Positions 1 through 11,139 of a stretch of DNA of 64,000 nucleotides are shown here, piece after piece. Within the stretch, counting starts at the first letter, position 1. Each line of letters opens with the position of its first letter. The translations under genes were made by a program, and so were the position numbers. The DNA lies in assembly GCF_003334305.1 (NCBI RefSeq), contig NZ_QOWS01000001.1; one strand, written 5' to 3'. Source of the stretch: Escherichia coli (GTDB lineage: Bacteria; Pseudomonadota; Gammaproteobacteria; Enterobacterales; Enterobacteriaceae). The notes beneath the pieces are model-generated. The model was not told where the DNA came from. It saw only the letters and a program-made list of their open reading frames with translations, and did not search any database.

Positions 1-3000
1 TATTAATCGCTGGGTAACCAGACGGGTAAAGGGATGATTAACAAACAGAGAATGAAAATCTGCCAGCGACCAGCGTCGGGTGGTACGTAGGGCCGTTTCA
101 AGACGCGGGAGCAGGTTTTTGCTCACCTGAGTGGCATCTTTTTTTAGCCCTTTTAGTCGGGCCAATGCCTCGGGCGCTTTCAGTTGATCGTCATCGGCGC
201 GCAACCGGGGAACGCTTTTCTGGCGAACGTTTTGCTGATCAAAGATAACCGGGTTGAGGTTTTCATCGAAGCGAACGGTAAACTGCCGGGGACCAAAATC
301 AAAACTCAACGCCTGCGGATCATCAAGGCCCAGGGTTGGGACTAATCTGTCCGCTAGCTCTTCCTGGCTTAGCCCGCGATTTTCTGCGACCACCTGAAGA
401 AATTCCGCCGCGTTATCACGTAAGGGGCGGGATTTCGCCCGTTGCGATATATGATGCAGCTGTATCAGCGCCATATCATTATTCATCAGGGTAAGGATGT
501 TCAGGCCACTGACAGCACGGGCAGATTTGCCTTCTTGTGGCCAGCCGAGGATCTGTGTCGTTAGATCCCGTGCCGTGCTTTCGTCACCAAAGAGACTTAA
601 CGCCAGAAATGCCCAGTTGTCTTTTACGGGGGCACCAGCTTGTTGCCACGCAGTGAAGAGATCCCAGGCAAAAGCTGCCAGCGTTTGTGGCTGGCAGAAC
701 GTTTTCAGTTGTTCCAGCCCGCTATAAAAACGTCCCCCCTGGGTAAAGCGCAGCATTTCGCCGATAATTTCCAGAGCGTCATCGGTAACAGGTTGATTAT
801 TAGTGATAAGGCGCGGCCTGGACCACATTTGCGGATGCCAGAAATCAGGGGCTTTTGGAATGCGTGCCGGGTAAATCTCTATTGGACTCTGTTTAAGTAA
901 TTGTTCCAGGGCAGGCCATAGATCTGTACGCTGCCAACGATTGGCTACAGTTTGTAGCAATTCGCCATGCCCATGTTCGTAAAGTAAACGCAGGGCAAGT
1001 AATGCAGCTTCGCTTTTATCGCTAGATTTGGTGAAGATAAGAGGGATAAGTGCAGTAGCCGTATGTTCCGGCCATTGTAAAATCCACTGGCGAGCCAGAT
1101 TACGCTGGCCCGCAAAACGGTGCCAGACGCGGGCAATGGGCAGGGCCAGTTCTGTTGCGCCGAAATTTAAAATTAACGGAAATGTTTCTTTTGGACGATG
1201 TGAAAAAGCCAACATCAGACCTGGTAGCGCATCCAACCCGAGGATACTGAGAAAATAGTCCTCACCCGCGAACAGATGTTTTTTCTCATTGATACGCAGC
1301 CAGAAGGTCAAAGCCATCTCACGCGGCAACTGTGCCAATAAATACAGGTTCCAGACACTCTTTTCCGGACGATAACGTGAGTAGTTGTCATTTTCCCATA
1401 TGTTAATTAACGCTTCTATGTGACCGCTGCGGAGCGCCTGTTCTGCTAATTGTGCTTCCGGGGAGTTCCAGCCATTCAGGATCTCTTCAACCCGCCCCTG
1501 GTAGTAATGCCACTGAACAATGAGTGAATTGCGTGCAGCATCCAGTTTTCCGGGGAGTATATAATTCAAAAACAGCCATACATCATCCCCAAAACCCAGT
1601 TCCTGTAATACAACTCGCCCACTTTTTTGTTCCATGCGTTCCGCAAGAGATTCCGTGCTGAAATAACGGGCAGGCTCAGTGGCGGCAAGCCTCTCTCGTT
1701 CGCCAGGTTGCCAGTAAACTTGCGGCGTTAATTCGAGCGGTGCCAAATCAAGACGTGGAGCTGTCATTTTTTTCTTACTACGCCACGGTGGTGAAACGAG
1801 GATTTCAGGCAGATTGCTGTTATCGGTACTATCAATAACCGGTTTGGGCGGTGCCGATAAATAACTATTCAGCACTGCCCTGGCTTGAGTACTTAACCAC
1901 TGCATCATCTCTTCTGCCAGTTGTGGCTGCGATGCCATCAGCGTTTGTAACAGCGTACGCCAGTATTCATCGCGTGCTTTTTGCTGTGCAGGCAGCTTTT
2001 TGTCTTCGATGATTGGATAACCTGGGCGGGCTGGTGGTTCTGTTAACGCCAGCAGTTCTGCCAGTGCGGCGAGCGTCGCATGGGGGAAGTTTTTATGGTA
2101 TTTAGCTACACGTTGCAGGCTGGGTTTGTTTTTATCAGCCACCAGTAGCAAGGTGCGGATGACTTGCGGATGGTTAATTTGTACCAGCAGACTGCCGCAA
2201 TCTTCTTTATGGGCATACATCGCGAGGCGCGGAATGGCTGCCAGTCCTTGTTCGCGCAAAAGGGCGGCGCAGGCCGCGTAGCCGAAGTGGTTTTCATGCG
2301 ACATGTAGCTGGCTTCTCGATCGCTAAATATATCCTGGCTCCAGTAGTGCTCGAGTTTTCTCACCGCTGTGGGGTCATTAGCAACAACTTTTAACCACTC
2401 CTTAGAATGAAAATGAGTTCGCGGGCATTCAAGGCCTACCAACTCATTGGCTATTTCTGGTTTTTCCGGGAGGATCAGCGCAATAAAAGGGCGGCGAACT
2501 TTGGTTATTCCTGGTAGTGCGGCAATGAGTTTGTCGGCGCAACGCTGCCAGCAGCTTTCCTCTGCCAGAGAGAGATGCTTACGCAGTCGGAGATCGAATT
2601 CGTTATAGGTTTCTGAGCGATAACCATAGCCATAATCCTCGTCCTGATACTGCAATGTCACTACCAGAGGATCACTCTCATAACACCGCGCAATAAACTG
2701 GCGTGCAATCACCACCTCAGTCGCATATTCCAGCCCCTCTTGTTGGACGATTTCGTCGAGCAACTGTTGGCTGTCATTTTGCGCGATACAGGCTAGCGCC
2801 GCCATTGTCCGGGCCGGGATTGAGGGTTTGTGTTCGCCGATCAAGTTGATGGCCTGCGTGATGGCGGACTGCCACTCCAGTGAAAAATTTTCATAACGCC
2901 AGACAATGTTTTTTTTCTTCTCAGCTTTTTGTAGCAATTCATCACCCAGTGTCTGAATGATGCTTTCAGTGATAACAGGCACCGGTTCGCCCGGCCATTT

Positions 3001-3084
3001 GCGATGACTGAGTGGTGTTTTGCCTTTTTTATATTTCAGTTCCAGTTGGGCGTTATCCGCCAGCCACGGTAATTCCTTGTCCAT
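1..3084 (-). CDS. yehI: Large DUF4132-type protein, 3'-truncated by window edge (start codon at 3082-3084, reading frame open to position 1)
   Basis: Reverse-strand translation from ATG at 3084 reads MDKELPWLADNAQLELKYKKGK... with no stop seen before the window edge; it is absent from the ORF track only because it has no stop inside the window. Paralogous to the 1264-aa ORF upstream. Symbol inferred from remembered metG-molR-yehI order. Confidence 0.6.
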   Translation of the reverse strand, partial: MDKELPWLADNAQLELKYKKGKTPLSHRKWPGEPVPVITESIIQTLGDELLQKAEKKKNIVWRYENFSLEWQSAITQAINLIGEHKPSIPARTMAALACIAQNDSQQLLDEIVQQEGLEYATEVVIARQFIARCYESDPLVVTLQYQDEDYGYGYRSETYNEFDLRLRKHLSLAEESCWQRCADKLIAALPGITKVRRPFIALILPEKPEIANELVGLECPRTHFHSKEWLKVVANDPTAVRKLEHYWSQDIFSDREASYMSHENHFGYAACAALLREQGLAAIPRLAMYAHKEDCGSLLVQINHPQVIRTLLLVADKNKPSLQRVAKYHKNFPHATLAALAELLALTEPPARPGYPIIEDKKLPAQQKARDEYWRTLLQTLMASQPQLAEEMMQWLSTQARAVLNSYLSAPPKPVIDSTDNSNLPEILVSPPWRSKKKMTAPRLDLAPLELTPQVYWQPGERERLAATEPARYFSTESLAERMEQKSGRVVLQELGFGDDVWLFLNYILPGKLDAARNSLIVQWHYYQGRVEEILNGWNSPEAQLAEQALRSGHIEALINIWENDNYSRYRPEKSVWNLYLLAQLPREMALTFWLRINEKKHLFAGEDYFLSILGLDALPGLMLAFSHRPKETFPLILNFGATELALPIARVWHRFAGQRNLARQWILQWPEHTATALIPLIFTKSSDKSEAALLALRLLYEHGHGELLQTVANRWQRTDLWPALEQLLKQSPIEIYPARIPKAPDFWHPQMWSRPRLITNNQPVTDDALEIIGEMLRFTQGGRFYSGLEQLKTFCQPQTLAAFAWDLFTAWQQAGAPVKDNWAFLALSLFGDESTARDLTTQILGWPQEGKSARAVSGLNILTLMNNDMALIQLHHISQRAKSRPLRDNAAEFLQVVAENRGLSQEELADRLVPTLGLDDPQALSFDFGPRQFTVRFDENLNPVIFDQQNVRQKSVPRLRADDDQLKAPEALARLKGLKKDATQVSKNLLPRLETALRTTRRWSLADFHSLFVNHPFTRLVTQRLI

Positions 3085-3093
3085 GCTCTTTCC

Positions 3094-6000
3094 TTATTCA
3101 AACAGGGCTTCAATATCGTTAATTAGCTCGCTGGCGGTGATGGCATCGAGTACGGAGAACTGCGCTTCCTGTGTTGAATTACTCCCCCAGCCATAGCTTT
3201 CCGCTTTGCCTTCCCATAACCACAGCTTGCTTAAGAGCTGCTCAGCGCTAAGTTCGGCTGGTGACATACCCACCGCAAAACCTTCGTCGATTTCCATGAT
3301 TAACGACCAGCGACCCAAAGGTTTGATCATCCATCCGATCCAGCCTCCATCCTGTGGTTCGCCCTTTATCCAGCCTTTATTCGCCAGCCCCATGACCCGA
3401 CCACTCGGGCATTTTCTGCCTGCCCAGCGGGTCAGTTCACTGGCATTGTGCTCGGCTTCTGTCAGGGCGTAGCTGTTACGGTCGAGCTGGCGGAACGGTG
3501 GTAGCAGTTCGTAGTCGGCAAAAAGCTGACCAAAGGCGGCAGCATCCGTTGGTGATATTTCCAGAACGTGAGGAGTGCCGATAGAGATATCGCCTTCCGG
3601 CAGGGTGAAAAGATCATCGTCAGCGGTGCTGTAGCTGTTATCTTCTGCTACGCGAAAGCAAGCCAGTAGCTGGTTTTCGGCGCTATAAACGCCCCAAATC
3701 AGACGGCGGGTTAAGTGGCGAACCAGCGGATGCTCAACCAGGAAGAGCTGGAAGTTTTCCGGCGACCAGCGGCGGCGCAGGCACATGGCGGATTCCAGCC
3801 TTGCTACCTGCTGGGCGGCGACGGTACGCGCATCTTTTTTCAGCAATTTGTAGCGGTTAACCGCATCGTTCGACCGCGATTCATCATCGCTTTTGTTCGG
3901 TTTGGGCAGGTCTTTCAGGCGGCTGCCGGAAACATCACGCACAAACGGTTTTAAGGTTTCATCAAAGCTGACGGTGAACTGCCGTGGGCCAAAATCCAGC
4001 AGCAGCGAACCGTTATCATCCAGACCGAGATCCGGTGCTAACCGATCTTCAAGCTCCGCCACCGTGAGTTCGCGGCTCTCGGCAATGTCGGCAATTTTTT
4101 CTTTTGCCCGCTCCTGTAATGCTTTGAATTTCAGTTTCTGGGCGATGCCGTTAAGCTGCATAAGGGCGATATCACTACCGATAGCAGCGAGAATATCCAA
4201 CCCAACGGTGGCGCGTTTATGCTGGGATTCACCAGGCCAGGCGCGTATTAATGGCGTCAGTTTGCGGGCGGTGTCATCGTTACCGAGAACGCCTAACGCA
4301 GTGAACGCCCAACTCTCTTTCGACGGCGCGCCAGCGGTCTGCCAGGCGGTAAACAGATCCCAGGCAAATCCCGCCAGTGAGTCGGCGGAACAGACGTCTT
4401 TCACCTGCAATAATCCCGGATACAGAGCCTCTTCCTGAGGGAAGCGGAGCATTTCACCGAGGTGGAGGAGGGCGCTATCTGGCAGTGATTGGGCATTTGC
4501 TTTTAATACCGGGCGCGTCCAGAGCGATGGCTGATAAAAGGCCGGAAGAGTGGGGATTTTTGTCGGGTGATTATCTAAGGGATCGAGCGCAAGCAGAGCG
4601 TTCACCGCATCGGTTACTTCCGGCTGGTTATAACGTCGGGCGATTTCTTGCAGTAATGGCTGATGACCGTTTTCGGTAAGCATACGCAAGGCAGCGCGGG
4701 CGTTATCCTGTGCTTCACCGGCTTTGCCGAGCGCCGCAGGCAGCAGGCCGGTAAGGGCATGTTCCGGGTATTTCAACAGCCAGCTACGGGCGTTTTCGCG
4801 TAGCGTTTTCAGTTTGTTGAAGGCACGGGCGACGGCAGGAGCCAGCTCACTCGCTGCGAAGTAATTCGTGATGGGCAAGGCTTCTTGTGGATAGCGTGCA
4901 AGTGAGTTTACTAACCCAGGTAACCCTTTGAGTCCAAAATGTAACATGGCGTATTCGGTATCGGTATGTGGAGATAGGGTAAGGGCATTCCATGCTTTTA
5001 CTGCTTTCTCCAGCGGCAATGTTGTCAAAATCCCCAACTGCCAATAATGCCCGGTAGGTGAATGAAACACCTTAAATTCACTTAGTAAGGTTGAATAATC
5101 TTCATTTAGCCATGCCTCAACTACCGCTTCGGGAGCTTTAATATATGTACCAGCGATCCGTCGTTGAAAACCCATCCTTGCCAACAGGTTGGTAGTACTT
5201 TCTTCATGGCTAACCGTGATGTGTTTTGAATACCAGATATATTTCGCCAAAAGTTGATTACTGATTTCTTCTGTCAGATAACAGATTGGCTCAATGCCTA
5301 ATGGCGCTAAATCCAGCACCGGAATCGGCGATTTTTTCTTTTTCGAAAGCCAGGGAGGGGAGACTACTACGGCTGGCAGTAGATCGGCGCTGGCATGGTT
5401 TGAGGGCTGTGTCAGTTGTTGCTGGCATGATTTCAGTACGGCAACTGCGGGTGTCGAGAGCCAGGGAATGACCTGTTCTGCCAGTGCTGGTTGTGAGATA
5501 AGCATTGTCATTAGCATAATGCGCCAACTGTTCTCTTCTTTTTGCCCAAGAAGTTCCGTCAGTGCCGCCATTGCTGCATGTGGGAACGCAGCGCAGGCTT
5601 TCGTCATCCGATCGTGACAGCGTTTAGTATGCCCGGCTACACGTATAAGCAGTGTTAATGCGAACGGATGATTGATATGACGCAACACATCGGCGCAGTA
5701 GTCACTTGCGGCATAGGGAGCAAATCGGGGCAGGGCTGCAACACCTTGCTCCTGTAATACGGTGGCTGACCATATCGCACCACAATAGTAATCATCAAAA
5801 ATGGCATATGGCTCGTGATATTTTTCTAATGAGGCAAGAATGTGCTCATCAGTCGCCACTATTTTTAACCACTCAAGCGAGGGTAATTTTTTTTGCCCCA
5901 GTAGACGCTGGGCAATTTCATGTGCAATTTCTGGTTTTTCGGGTAATAACAAAGCAATTAATGGTTGCCGCCATTCTGGAATATGTGGAATTGCGGCAAT

Positions 6001-6888
6001 AAGTTTTTGTGCACATTTTTGCCAGAGAGACTCTTCCGCCAGTGATAAATGTTTACGTAGGCGTAATTCAAATCTGGAATATTGCTCCAAGTAGTCAGGT
6101 GCAATGCCAGACGGCAGAATAATAATGACATTATTCGCATAATCCCATTTAATATCAATCTGTTGAAGGTGTATTATTACATCAGTAGCATATTCCAGAC
6201 CGCCTTCCTGGACGATCTGATCCATAACATCCTCACGCACTTTATATCTTGTGCATTTCATTTCAAGTGCCGTGAGTACAGCCATTACTGGTGATGGTAG
6301 CTGTGTTGTTTTCAGGCCGTCGATCTGACTGATCGCCTGGGCGACGGTGTTTTGCCATTCTAAAGAACAGGCGCTGAAGTCAAATGTGGCTGTTTTATTA
6401 TCCCGTTGCGACACACTACAGGCTAAGCGACGTAATTGGGTCAATTTGTCTGCTTGCTGAACAGGAACTCCGGGAAAGCGGCGATGACTTAACGTGGTGT
6501 GTACAACTTCGGGCGGAAAAACGACAGCAATATCTTTCGCCAGCCACGGTAAAACAGCATCTGTATTTTTGTCAGGCGCACGGGTTTCTGCTACGAAAGA
6601 GGGTTGTTCCTGAATAATGGTGGATAAGTCCGCTACCTTGAGAGAGCCCGTTACCGTTTGGGAAGGTTGCAAAGAATTATCCTTCGCTTGCTCCACATAC
6701 CCCTTCTTCACCTTCTCCGCAATCAGCTTAAGCTCCGCTTTTGCCGCTGCCGCAGCATCTGAAAAACTTTTTATCTGGCTTTGCCCTTTGGTGCCAACTT
6801 TTCCCCAACTGATATGCAACTCGTTTCCCTGTTGCTCAACTGCCCAGAATTTATGTGATTTTTCGTCCTGATAGATAAAGTGTCTCAT
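3094..6888 (-). CDS. molR: WGR-domain + DUF4132 protein (MolR-like), 1264 aa, apparently intact
   Basis: Single 1264-aa ORF; N-terminus MRHFIYQDEKSHKFWAVEQQGNELHISWGKVG resembles a WGR domain; sits immediately downstream of metG on the same strand. Confidence 0.65.
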   Translation of the reverse strand: MRHFIYQDEKSHKFWAVEQQGNELHISWGKVGTKGQSQIKSFSDAAAAAKAELKLIAEKVKKGYVEQAKDNSLQPSQTVTGSLKVADLSTIIQEQPSFVAETRAPDKNTDAVLPWLAKDIAVVFPPEVVHTTLSHRRFPGVPVQQADKLTQLRRLACSVSQRDNKTATFDFSACSLEWQNTVAQAISQIDGLKTTQLPSPVMAVLTALEMKCTRYKVREDVMDQIVQEGGLEYATDVIIHLQQIDIKWDYANNVIIILPSGIAPDYLEQYSRFELRLRKHLSLAEESLWQKCAQKLIAAIPHIPEWRQPLIALLLPEKPEIAHEIAQRLLGQKKLPSLEWLKIVATDEHILASLEKYHEPYAIFDDYYCGAIWSATVLQEQGVAALPRFAPYAASDYCADVLRHINHPFALTLLIRVAGHTKRCHDRMTKACAAFPHAAMAALTELLGQKEENSWRIMLMTMLISQPALAEQVIPWLSTPAVAVLKSCQQQLTQPSNHASADLLPAVVVSPPWLSKKKKSPIPVLDLAPLGIEPICYLTEEISNQLLAKYIWYSKHITVSHEESTTNLLARMGFQRRIAGTYIKAPEAVVEAWLNEDYSTLLSEFKVFHSPTGHYWQLGILTTLPLEKAVKAWNALTLSPHTDTEYAMLHFGLKGLPGLVNSLARYPQEALPITNYFAASELAPAVARAFNKLKTLRENARSWLLKYPEHALTGLLPAALGKAGEAQDNARAALRMLTENGHQPLLQEIARRYNQPEVTDAVNALLALDPLDNHPTKIPTLPAFYQPSLWTRPVLKANAQSLPDSALLHLGEMLRFPQEEALYPGLLQVKDVCSADSLAGFAWDLFTAWQTAGAPSKESWAFTALGVLGNDDTARKLTPLIRAWPGESQHKRATVGLDILAAIGSDIALMQLNGIAQKLKFKALQERAKEKIADIAESRELTVAELEDRLAPDLGLDDNGSLLLDFGPRQFTVSFDETLKPFVRDVSGSRLKDLPKPNKSDDESRSNDAVNRYKLLKKDARTVAAQQVARLESAMCLRRRWSPENFQLFLVEHPLVRHLTRRLIWGVYSAENQLLACFRVAEDNSYSTADDDLFTLPEGDISIGTPHVLEISPTDAAAFGQLFADYELLPPFRQLDRNSYALTEAEHNASELTRWAGRKCPSGRVMGLANKGWIKGEPQDGGWIGWMIKPLGRWSLIMEIDEGFAVGMSPAELSAEQLLSKLWLWEGKAESYGWGSNSTQEAQFSVLDAITASELINDIEALFE

Positions 6889-7028
6889 TCTGCATCCCTG
6901 TAATTTTATCCAGTTGAATGCAGATGCTACCAGTATTTATGCGGGTTAGAGAGAGACAAAATCGCAAGAAAACAACTTTAGGAATTTATAAAGAAAAGGC
7001 GCTGTCGATGCAGCGCCTTAAAGGGGGA

Positions 7029-9062
7029 TTATTTCACCTGATGGCCTGGTTTAGCACCAGCATCCGGGCTTAACAGGAAGATATCTTTCCCGCCAGGACC
7101 AGCAGCCATTACCATGCCTTCGGAGATACCAAAGCGCATTTTACGCGGTGCCAGGTTGGCCACCATAATGGTGTGACGCCCGATCAGTGCCTGCGGATCC
7201 GGGTAGGCAGAACGAATACCGGAGAAGACATTGCGTTTTTCACCGCCGAGATCCAGTGTCAGGCGCAGCAGTTTGTCAGAACCTTCAACAAACTCTGCGT
7301 TTTCGATCAGCGCCACGCGCAGGTCAACTTTTGCGAAGTCGTCAAAGGTGATGGTTTCCTGAATCGGATCATCTGCCAGTGGGCCAGTAACTGGCGCGGC
7401 AGCTGCTTTCACTTCTTCTTTAGACGCTTCCACCAGTGCTTCAACCTGCTTCATATCGATGCGGTTATACAGCGCTTTGAACGGATTCACTTTGTGGCCC
7501 AGCAGCGGTTGCTGGATACCATCCCAGGTCAGTTCTGTATTGAGGAATGCTTCTGCGCGCTCGGTCAGTTTCGGCAGTACCGGCTTCAGGTAAGTCATCA
7601 GCACGCGGAACAGGTTTATGCCCATTGAGCAAATTGCCTGCAGGTCGGCATCGCGGCCTTCCTGTTTTGCCACCACCCACGGAGCCTGCTCGTCGACATA
7701 GCGGTTAGCCAGATCAGCCAGCGCCATGATTTCGCGCACTGCTTTACCAAATTCGCGGCTTTCCCACGCTTCACCAATCACTTCAGCGGCATCAGTGAAG
7801 GTTTTGTACAACTGCGGGTCAGCCAATTCGCTTGCCAGCACGCCGTCAAAACGCTTGTTGATAAAGCCCGCATTACGAGAGGCCAGGTTAACCACTTTGT
7901 TCACGATATCGGCATTCACACGCTGAACGAAATCCTCCAGGTTGAGATCGATATCATCAATGCGCGAAGAGAGTTTCGCAGTGTAGTAGTAACGCAGGCT
8001 GTCAGCGTCAAAATGATTCAGCCAGGTGCTGGCTTTAATAAAGGTGCCGCGAGACTTGGACATCTTTGCGCCGTTCACCGTCACATAGCCATGAACAAAC
8101 AGGTTGGTCGGCTTGCGGAAGTTGCTGCCTTCCAGCATGGCAGGCCAGAACAGGCTGTGGAAGTAAACAATATCTTTACCGATGAAGTGGTACAGCTCGG
8201 CGGTGGAGTCTTTCTTCCAGTATTCATCGAAGCTTACGCTGTCGCCGCGCTTGTCGCACAGATTCTTGAAAGAACCCATGTAGCCAATCGGTGCGTCCAG
8301 CCAGACGTAGAAATATTTGCCCGGCGCGTTCGGAATTTCAAAACCAAAGTATGGCGCGTCGCGGGAGATATCCCACTGTTGCAGGCCGGATTCAAACCAC
8401 TCCTGCATTTTATTTGCCACCTGCTCCTGCAACGCACCGCTGCGGGTCCATGCCTGCAACATTTCGCTGAAAGAGGGCAGATCAAAGAAGAAGTGTTCAG
8501 AATCACGCATTACCGGCGTAGCGCCAGAAACCACCGATTTCGGCTCGATCAATTCAGTCGGGCTGTAGGTCGCGCCGCAGACTTCGCAGTTATCGCCGTA
8601 TTGATCCGGGGATTTACATTTCGGGCAGGTGCCTTTCACAAAACGGTCCGGCAGGAACATGCCTTTTTCCGGATCGTACAGCTGAGAGATGGTGCGGTTT
8701 TTAATAAAACCGTTCTCTTTCAGGCGAGAGTAGATAAGTTCTGACAACTGGCGGTTCTCTTCGCTGTGCGTCGAGTGATAGTTGTCATAGCTGATGTTAA
8801 AGCCTGCGAAATCAGTCTGATGCTCCTGACTCATTTCGCCAATCATCTGCTCCGGGGTGATACCAAGCTGCTGAGCTTTCAGCATGATCGGTGTACCGTG
8901 GGCATCGTCGGCGCAGATGAAGTTGACCTCGTGGCCGCGCATTCGCTGGTAACGGACCCAGACATCAGCCTGGATGTGCTCCAGCATATGGCCGAGGTGG
9001 ATTGAGCCGTTAGCGTACGGCAGTGCGCACGTCACCAGAATTTTCTTCGCGACTTGAGTCAT
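7029..9062 (-). CDS. metG: Methionyl-tRNA synthetase
   Basis: Translation [29 protein letters not shown] (HIGH-type motif), KMSKS present ([10 protein letters not shown]); 677 aa from the internal Met of the 680-aa ORF. Confidence 0.95.
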   Translation of the reverse strand: MTQVAKKILVTCALPYANGSIHLGHMLEHIQADVWVRYQRMRGHEVNFICADDAHGTPIMLKAQQLGITPEQMIGEMSQEHQTDFAGFNISYDNYHSTHSEENRQLSELIYSRLKENGFIKNRTISQLYDPEKGMFLPDRFVKGTCPKCKSPDQYGDNCEVCGATYSPTELIEPKSVVSGATPVMRDSEHFFFDLPSFSEMLQAWTRSGALQEQVANKMQEWFESGLQQWDISRDAPYFGFEIPNAPGKYFYVWLDAPIGYMGSFKNLCDKRGDSVSFDEYWKKDSTAELYHFIGKDIVYFHSLFWPAMLEGSNFRKPTNLFVHGYVTVNGAKMSKSRGTFIKASTWLNHFDADSLRYYYTAKLSSRIDDIDLNLEDFVQRVNADIVNKVVNLASRNAGFINKRFDGVLASELADPQLYKTFTDAAEVIGEAWESREFGKAVREIMALADLANRYVDEQAPWVVAKQEGRDADLQAICSMGINLFRVLMTYLKPVLPKLTERAEAFLNTELTWDGIQQPLLGHKVNPFKALYNRIDMKQVEALVEASKEEVKAAAAPVTGPLADDPIQETITFDDFAKVDLRVALIENAEFVEGSDKLLRLTLDLGGEKRNVFSGIRSAYPDPQALIGRHTIMVANLAPRKMRFGISEGMVMAAGPGGKDIFLLSPDAGAKPGHQVK

Positions 9063-9193
9063 AGTAGGCATTACTTCTTAATAGTGAAAAGGGGTTAGAT
9101 AGTACCAAATGGGAAAATGTTAAGTAAGTACTTCTCTATATTCTTCAGGTAAACTATCAGCTGATGGTTTATCTATACAAAAAAGGAGTCGGG

Positions 9194-10303
9194 ATGAACG
9201 AACAATCCCAGGCCAAATCACCAGAAGCCTTGCGCGCAATGGTCGCCGGGACACTGGCCAATTTTCAGCACCCAACCCTGAAGCATAACCTCACCACGCT
9301 GAAAGCGTTGCACCATGTCGCCTGGATGGACGACACGTTGCATGTGGAACTGGTTATGCCATTCGTCTGGCATAGCGCGTTTGAAGAGTTAAAAGAGCAA
9401 TGTAGCGCCGAACTGCTGCGTATCACCGGGGCGAAAGCTATCGACTGGAAACTGTCGCACAATATCGCCACCTTAAAACGCGTGAAGAATCAGCCGGGTA
9501 TTAATGGTGTGAAGAACATCATTGCGGTCAGCTCCGGTAAAGGCGGCGTGGGTAAATCCTCCACGGCGGTAAACCTGGCGCTGGCACTGGCGGCGGAAGG
9601 GGCGAAAGTCGGCATTCTGGACGCCGATATCTACGGCCCATCAATTCCCACCATGCTGGGCGCAGAAAATCAGCGTCCAACGTCGCCGGACGGTACCCAC
9701 ATGGCACCGATTATGTCTCATGGCCTGGCAACCAATTCAATTGGTTATCTGGTCACTGACGACAATGCGATGGTGTGGCGTGGACCGATGGCGAGCAAGG
9801 CGTTAATGCAGATGTTGCAGGAAACCTTGTGGCCGGATCTCGACTATCTGGTGCTTGATATGCCGCCAGGCACCGGTGACATTCAATTGACGCTGGCGCA
9901 AAACATTCCAGTAACTGGTGCAGTCGTGGTCACCACCCCGCAGGACATCGCGTTGATCGATGCGAAAAAAGGCATTGTGATGTTCGAGAAAGTCGAGGTT
10001 CCGGTGCTTGGTATTGTCGAGAACATGAGTGTGCATATTTGCAGTAACTGTGGTCACCATGAACCGATTTTCGGTACCGGTGGTGCTGAGAAACTGGCTG
10101 AAAAATACCACACACAGCTGCTGGGGCAGATGCCGTTACACATCTCCTTACGTGAGGATCTCGATAAAGGCACGCCAACGGTTATCAGCCGTCCGGAGAG
10201 CGAATTTACCGCTATCTACCGCCAGTTGGCTGACCGCGTTGCAGCTCAGCTCTACTGGCAGGGTGAAGTCATTCCAGGCGAGATTTCCTTCCGCGCGGTC
10301 TAA
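9194..10303 (+). CDS. mrp: Fe-S cluster carrier ATPase Mrp/ApbC
   Basis: P-loop GKGGVGKSS; start MNEQSQAKSPE preceded by AAAGGAG; divergent from metG. Confidence 0.9.
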   Translation: MNEQSQAKSPEALRAMVAGTLANFQHPTLKHNLTTLKALHHVAWMDDTLHVELVMPFVWHSAFEELKEQCSAELLRITGAKAIDWKLSHNIATLKRVKNQPGINGVKNIIAVSSGKGGVGKSSTAVNLALALAAEGAKVGILDADIYGPSIPTMLGAENQRPTSPDGTHMAPIMSHGLATNSIGYLVTDDNAMVWRGPMASKALMQMLQETLWPDLDYLVLDMPPGTGDIQLTLAQNIPVTGAVVVTTPQDIALIDAKKGIVMFEKVEVPVLGIVENMSVHICSNCGHHEPIFGTGGAEKLAEKYHTQLLGQMPLHISLREDLDKGTPTVISRPESEFTAIYRQLADRVAAQLYWQGEVIPGEISFRAV

Positions 10304-10331
10304 CGCCTATTAACCATTCTGGTTATTCTTC

Positions 10332-10374
10332 ATACACCGCAGAGATGTTACATTGATGCGGTGTATTAGTTTTT
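10332..10374 (+). terminator. Putative rho-independent terminator after mrp
   Basis: Inverted repeat ATACACCGCA...TGCGGTGTAT followed by TAGTTTTT; loop is rather long. Confidence 0.4.
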
Positions 10375-10565
10375 GCCGCATTAATGAACACTTATTTAAT
10401 ACTGCGAATATTCTGCGGACCTTCGTCCGAAACTCTACAAAGTCGATTGATCATACAGGCAATGCTTCATTATCATCCTTCGTGGCTGTGTAGTGGATGT
10501 ACAGCTATAGTTTGTTATGCACTCATTCTATCCAGGCATAACCTTTACTACAGGGATAACGTTCA

Positions 10566-10847
10566 ATGAATAAGTATTGGCTGTCAGGAATTATTTTTCT
10601 TGCCTATGGATTGGCTTCTCCCGCATTCTCTTCAGAGACTGCCACATTAACGATTAATGGCAGGATCAGTCCCCCAACATGCAGTATGGCTATGGTTAAT
10701 AGTCAACCACAACAGCATTGTGGTCAGTTAACGTATAATGTTGACACCCGTCATCTGTTTTCTTCGCCCGTCAAAGGTGTAACGACAGAAGTGGTTGTTG
10801 CAGGTAGCGATAGCAAACGTCGAATCGTGTTAAATCGCTACGATTAA
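10566..10847 (+). CDS. yehE: Small secreted protein preceding the fimbrial operon
   Basis: 93-aa ORF with N-terminal signal-like sequence MNKYWLSGIIFLAYGLASPAFS; position upstream of yehD. Confidence 0.75.
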   Translation: MNKYWLSGIIFLAYGLASPAFSSETATLTINGRISPPTCSMAMVNSQPQQHCGQLTYNVDTRHLFSSPVKGVTTEVVVAGSDSKRRIVLNRYD

Positions 10848-10879
10848 TTTGGCAACCTGATTTTAATTGCATTTAGAAA

Positions 10880-10916
10880 GCCGAAATCATTTATATAAAT
10901 GATTTCGGCTTTTTTA
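10880..10916 (+). terminator. Rho-independent terminator
   Basis: GCCGAAATCATT-loop-AATGATTTCGGC stem followed by a T6 run. Confidence 0.7.
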
Positions 10917-11139
10917 TTGATATCAACAATACCATTTACATAAATCTACATTAATTGATAGATGCGATAAATAGTTAATACTCTTAAATATTTGCTGTAT
11001 TTATATTGCAATGGTTAATTTGTTTTAAATCAATAAAACAATGTGTTTACATTGCGGCAACTTTTTTGATGTGAGAAATTTGTTTCCAAGAGATACAGAC
11101 TCTTAACAACCAAAAATAAATTTTATTAAGGAACATATT

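Noticed and set aside
1-3084. Possibility that the first 3 kb is a degraded pseudogene, since no ORF is listed there
   Set aside because: Manual reverse-strand translation from the ATG at 3084 reads through to the window edge without a stop; the ORF is simply unterminated inside the window. Residual uncertainty because this was hand translation.
3206-6871. Many plus-strand ORFs of 60-180 aa inside molR (for example 3893-4438, 5294-5617, 6617-6871)
   Set aside because: They lie antisense to or within a continuous 1264-aa gene; shadow ORFs with no independent support.
8013-8744. 243-aa plus-strand ORF
   Set aside because: Entirely antisense to metG, whose identity is unambiguous.
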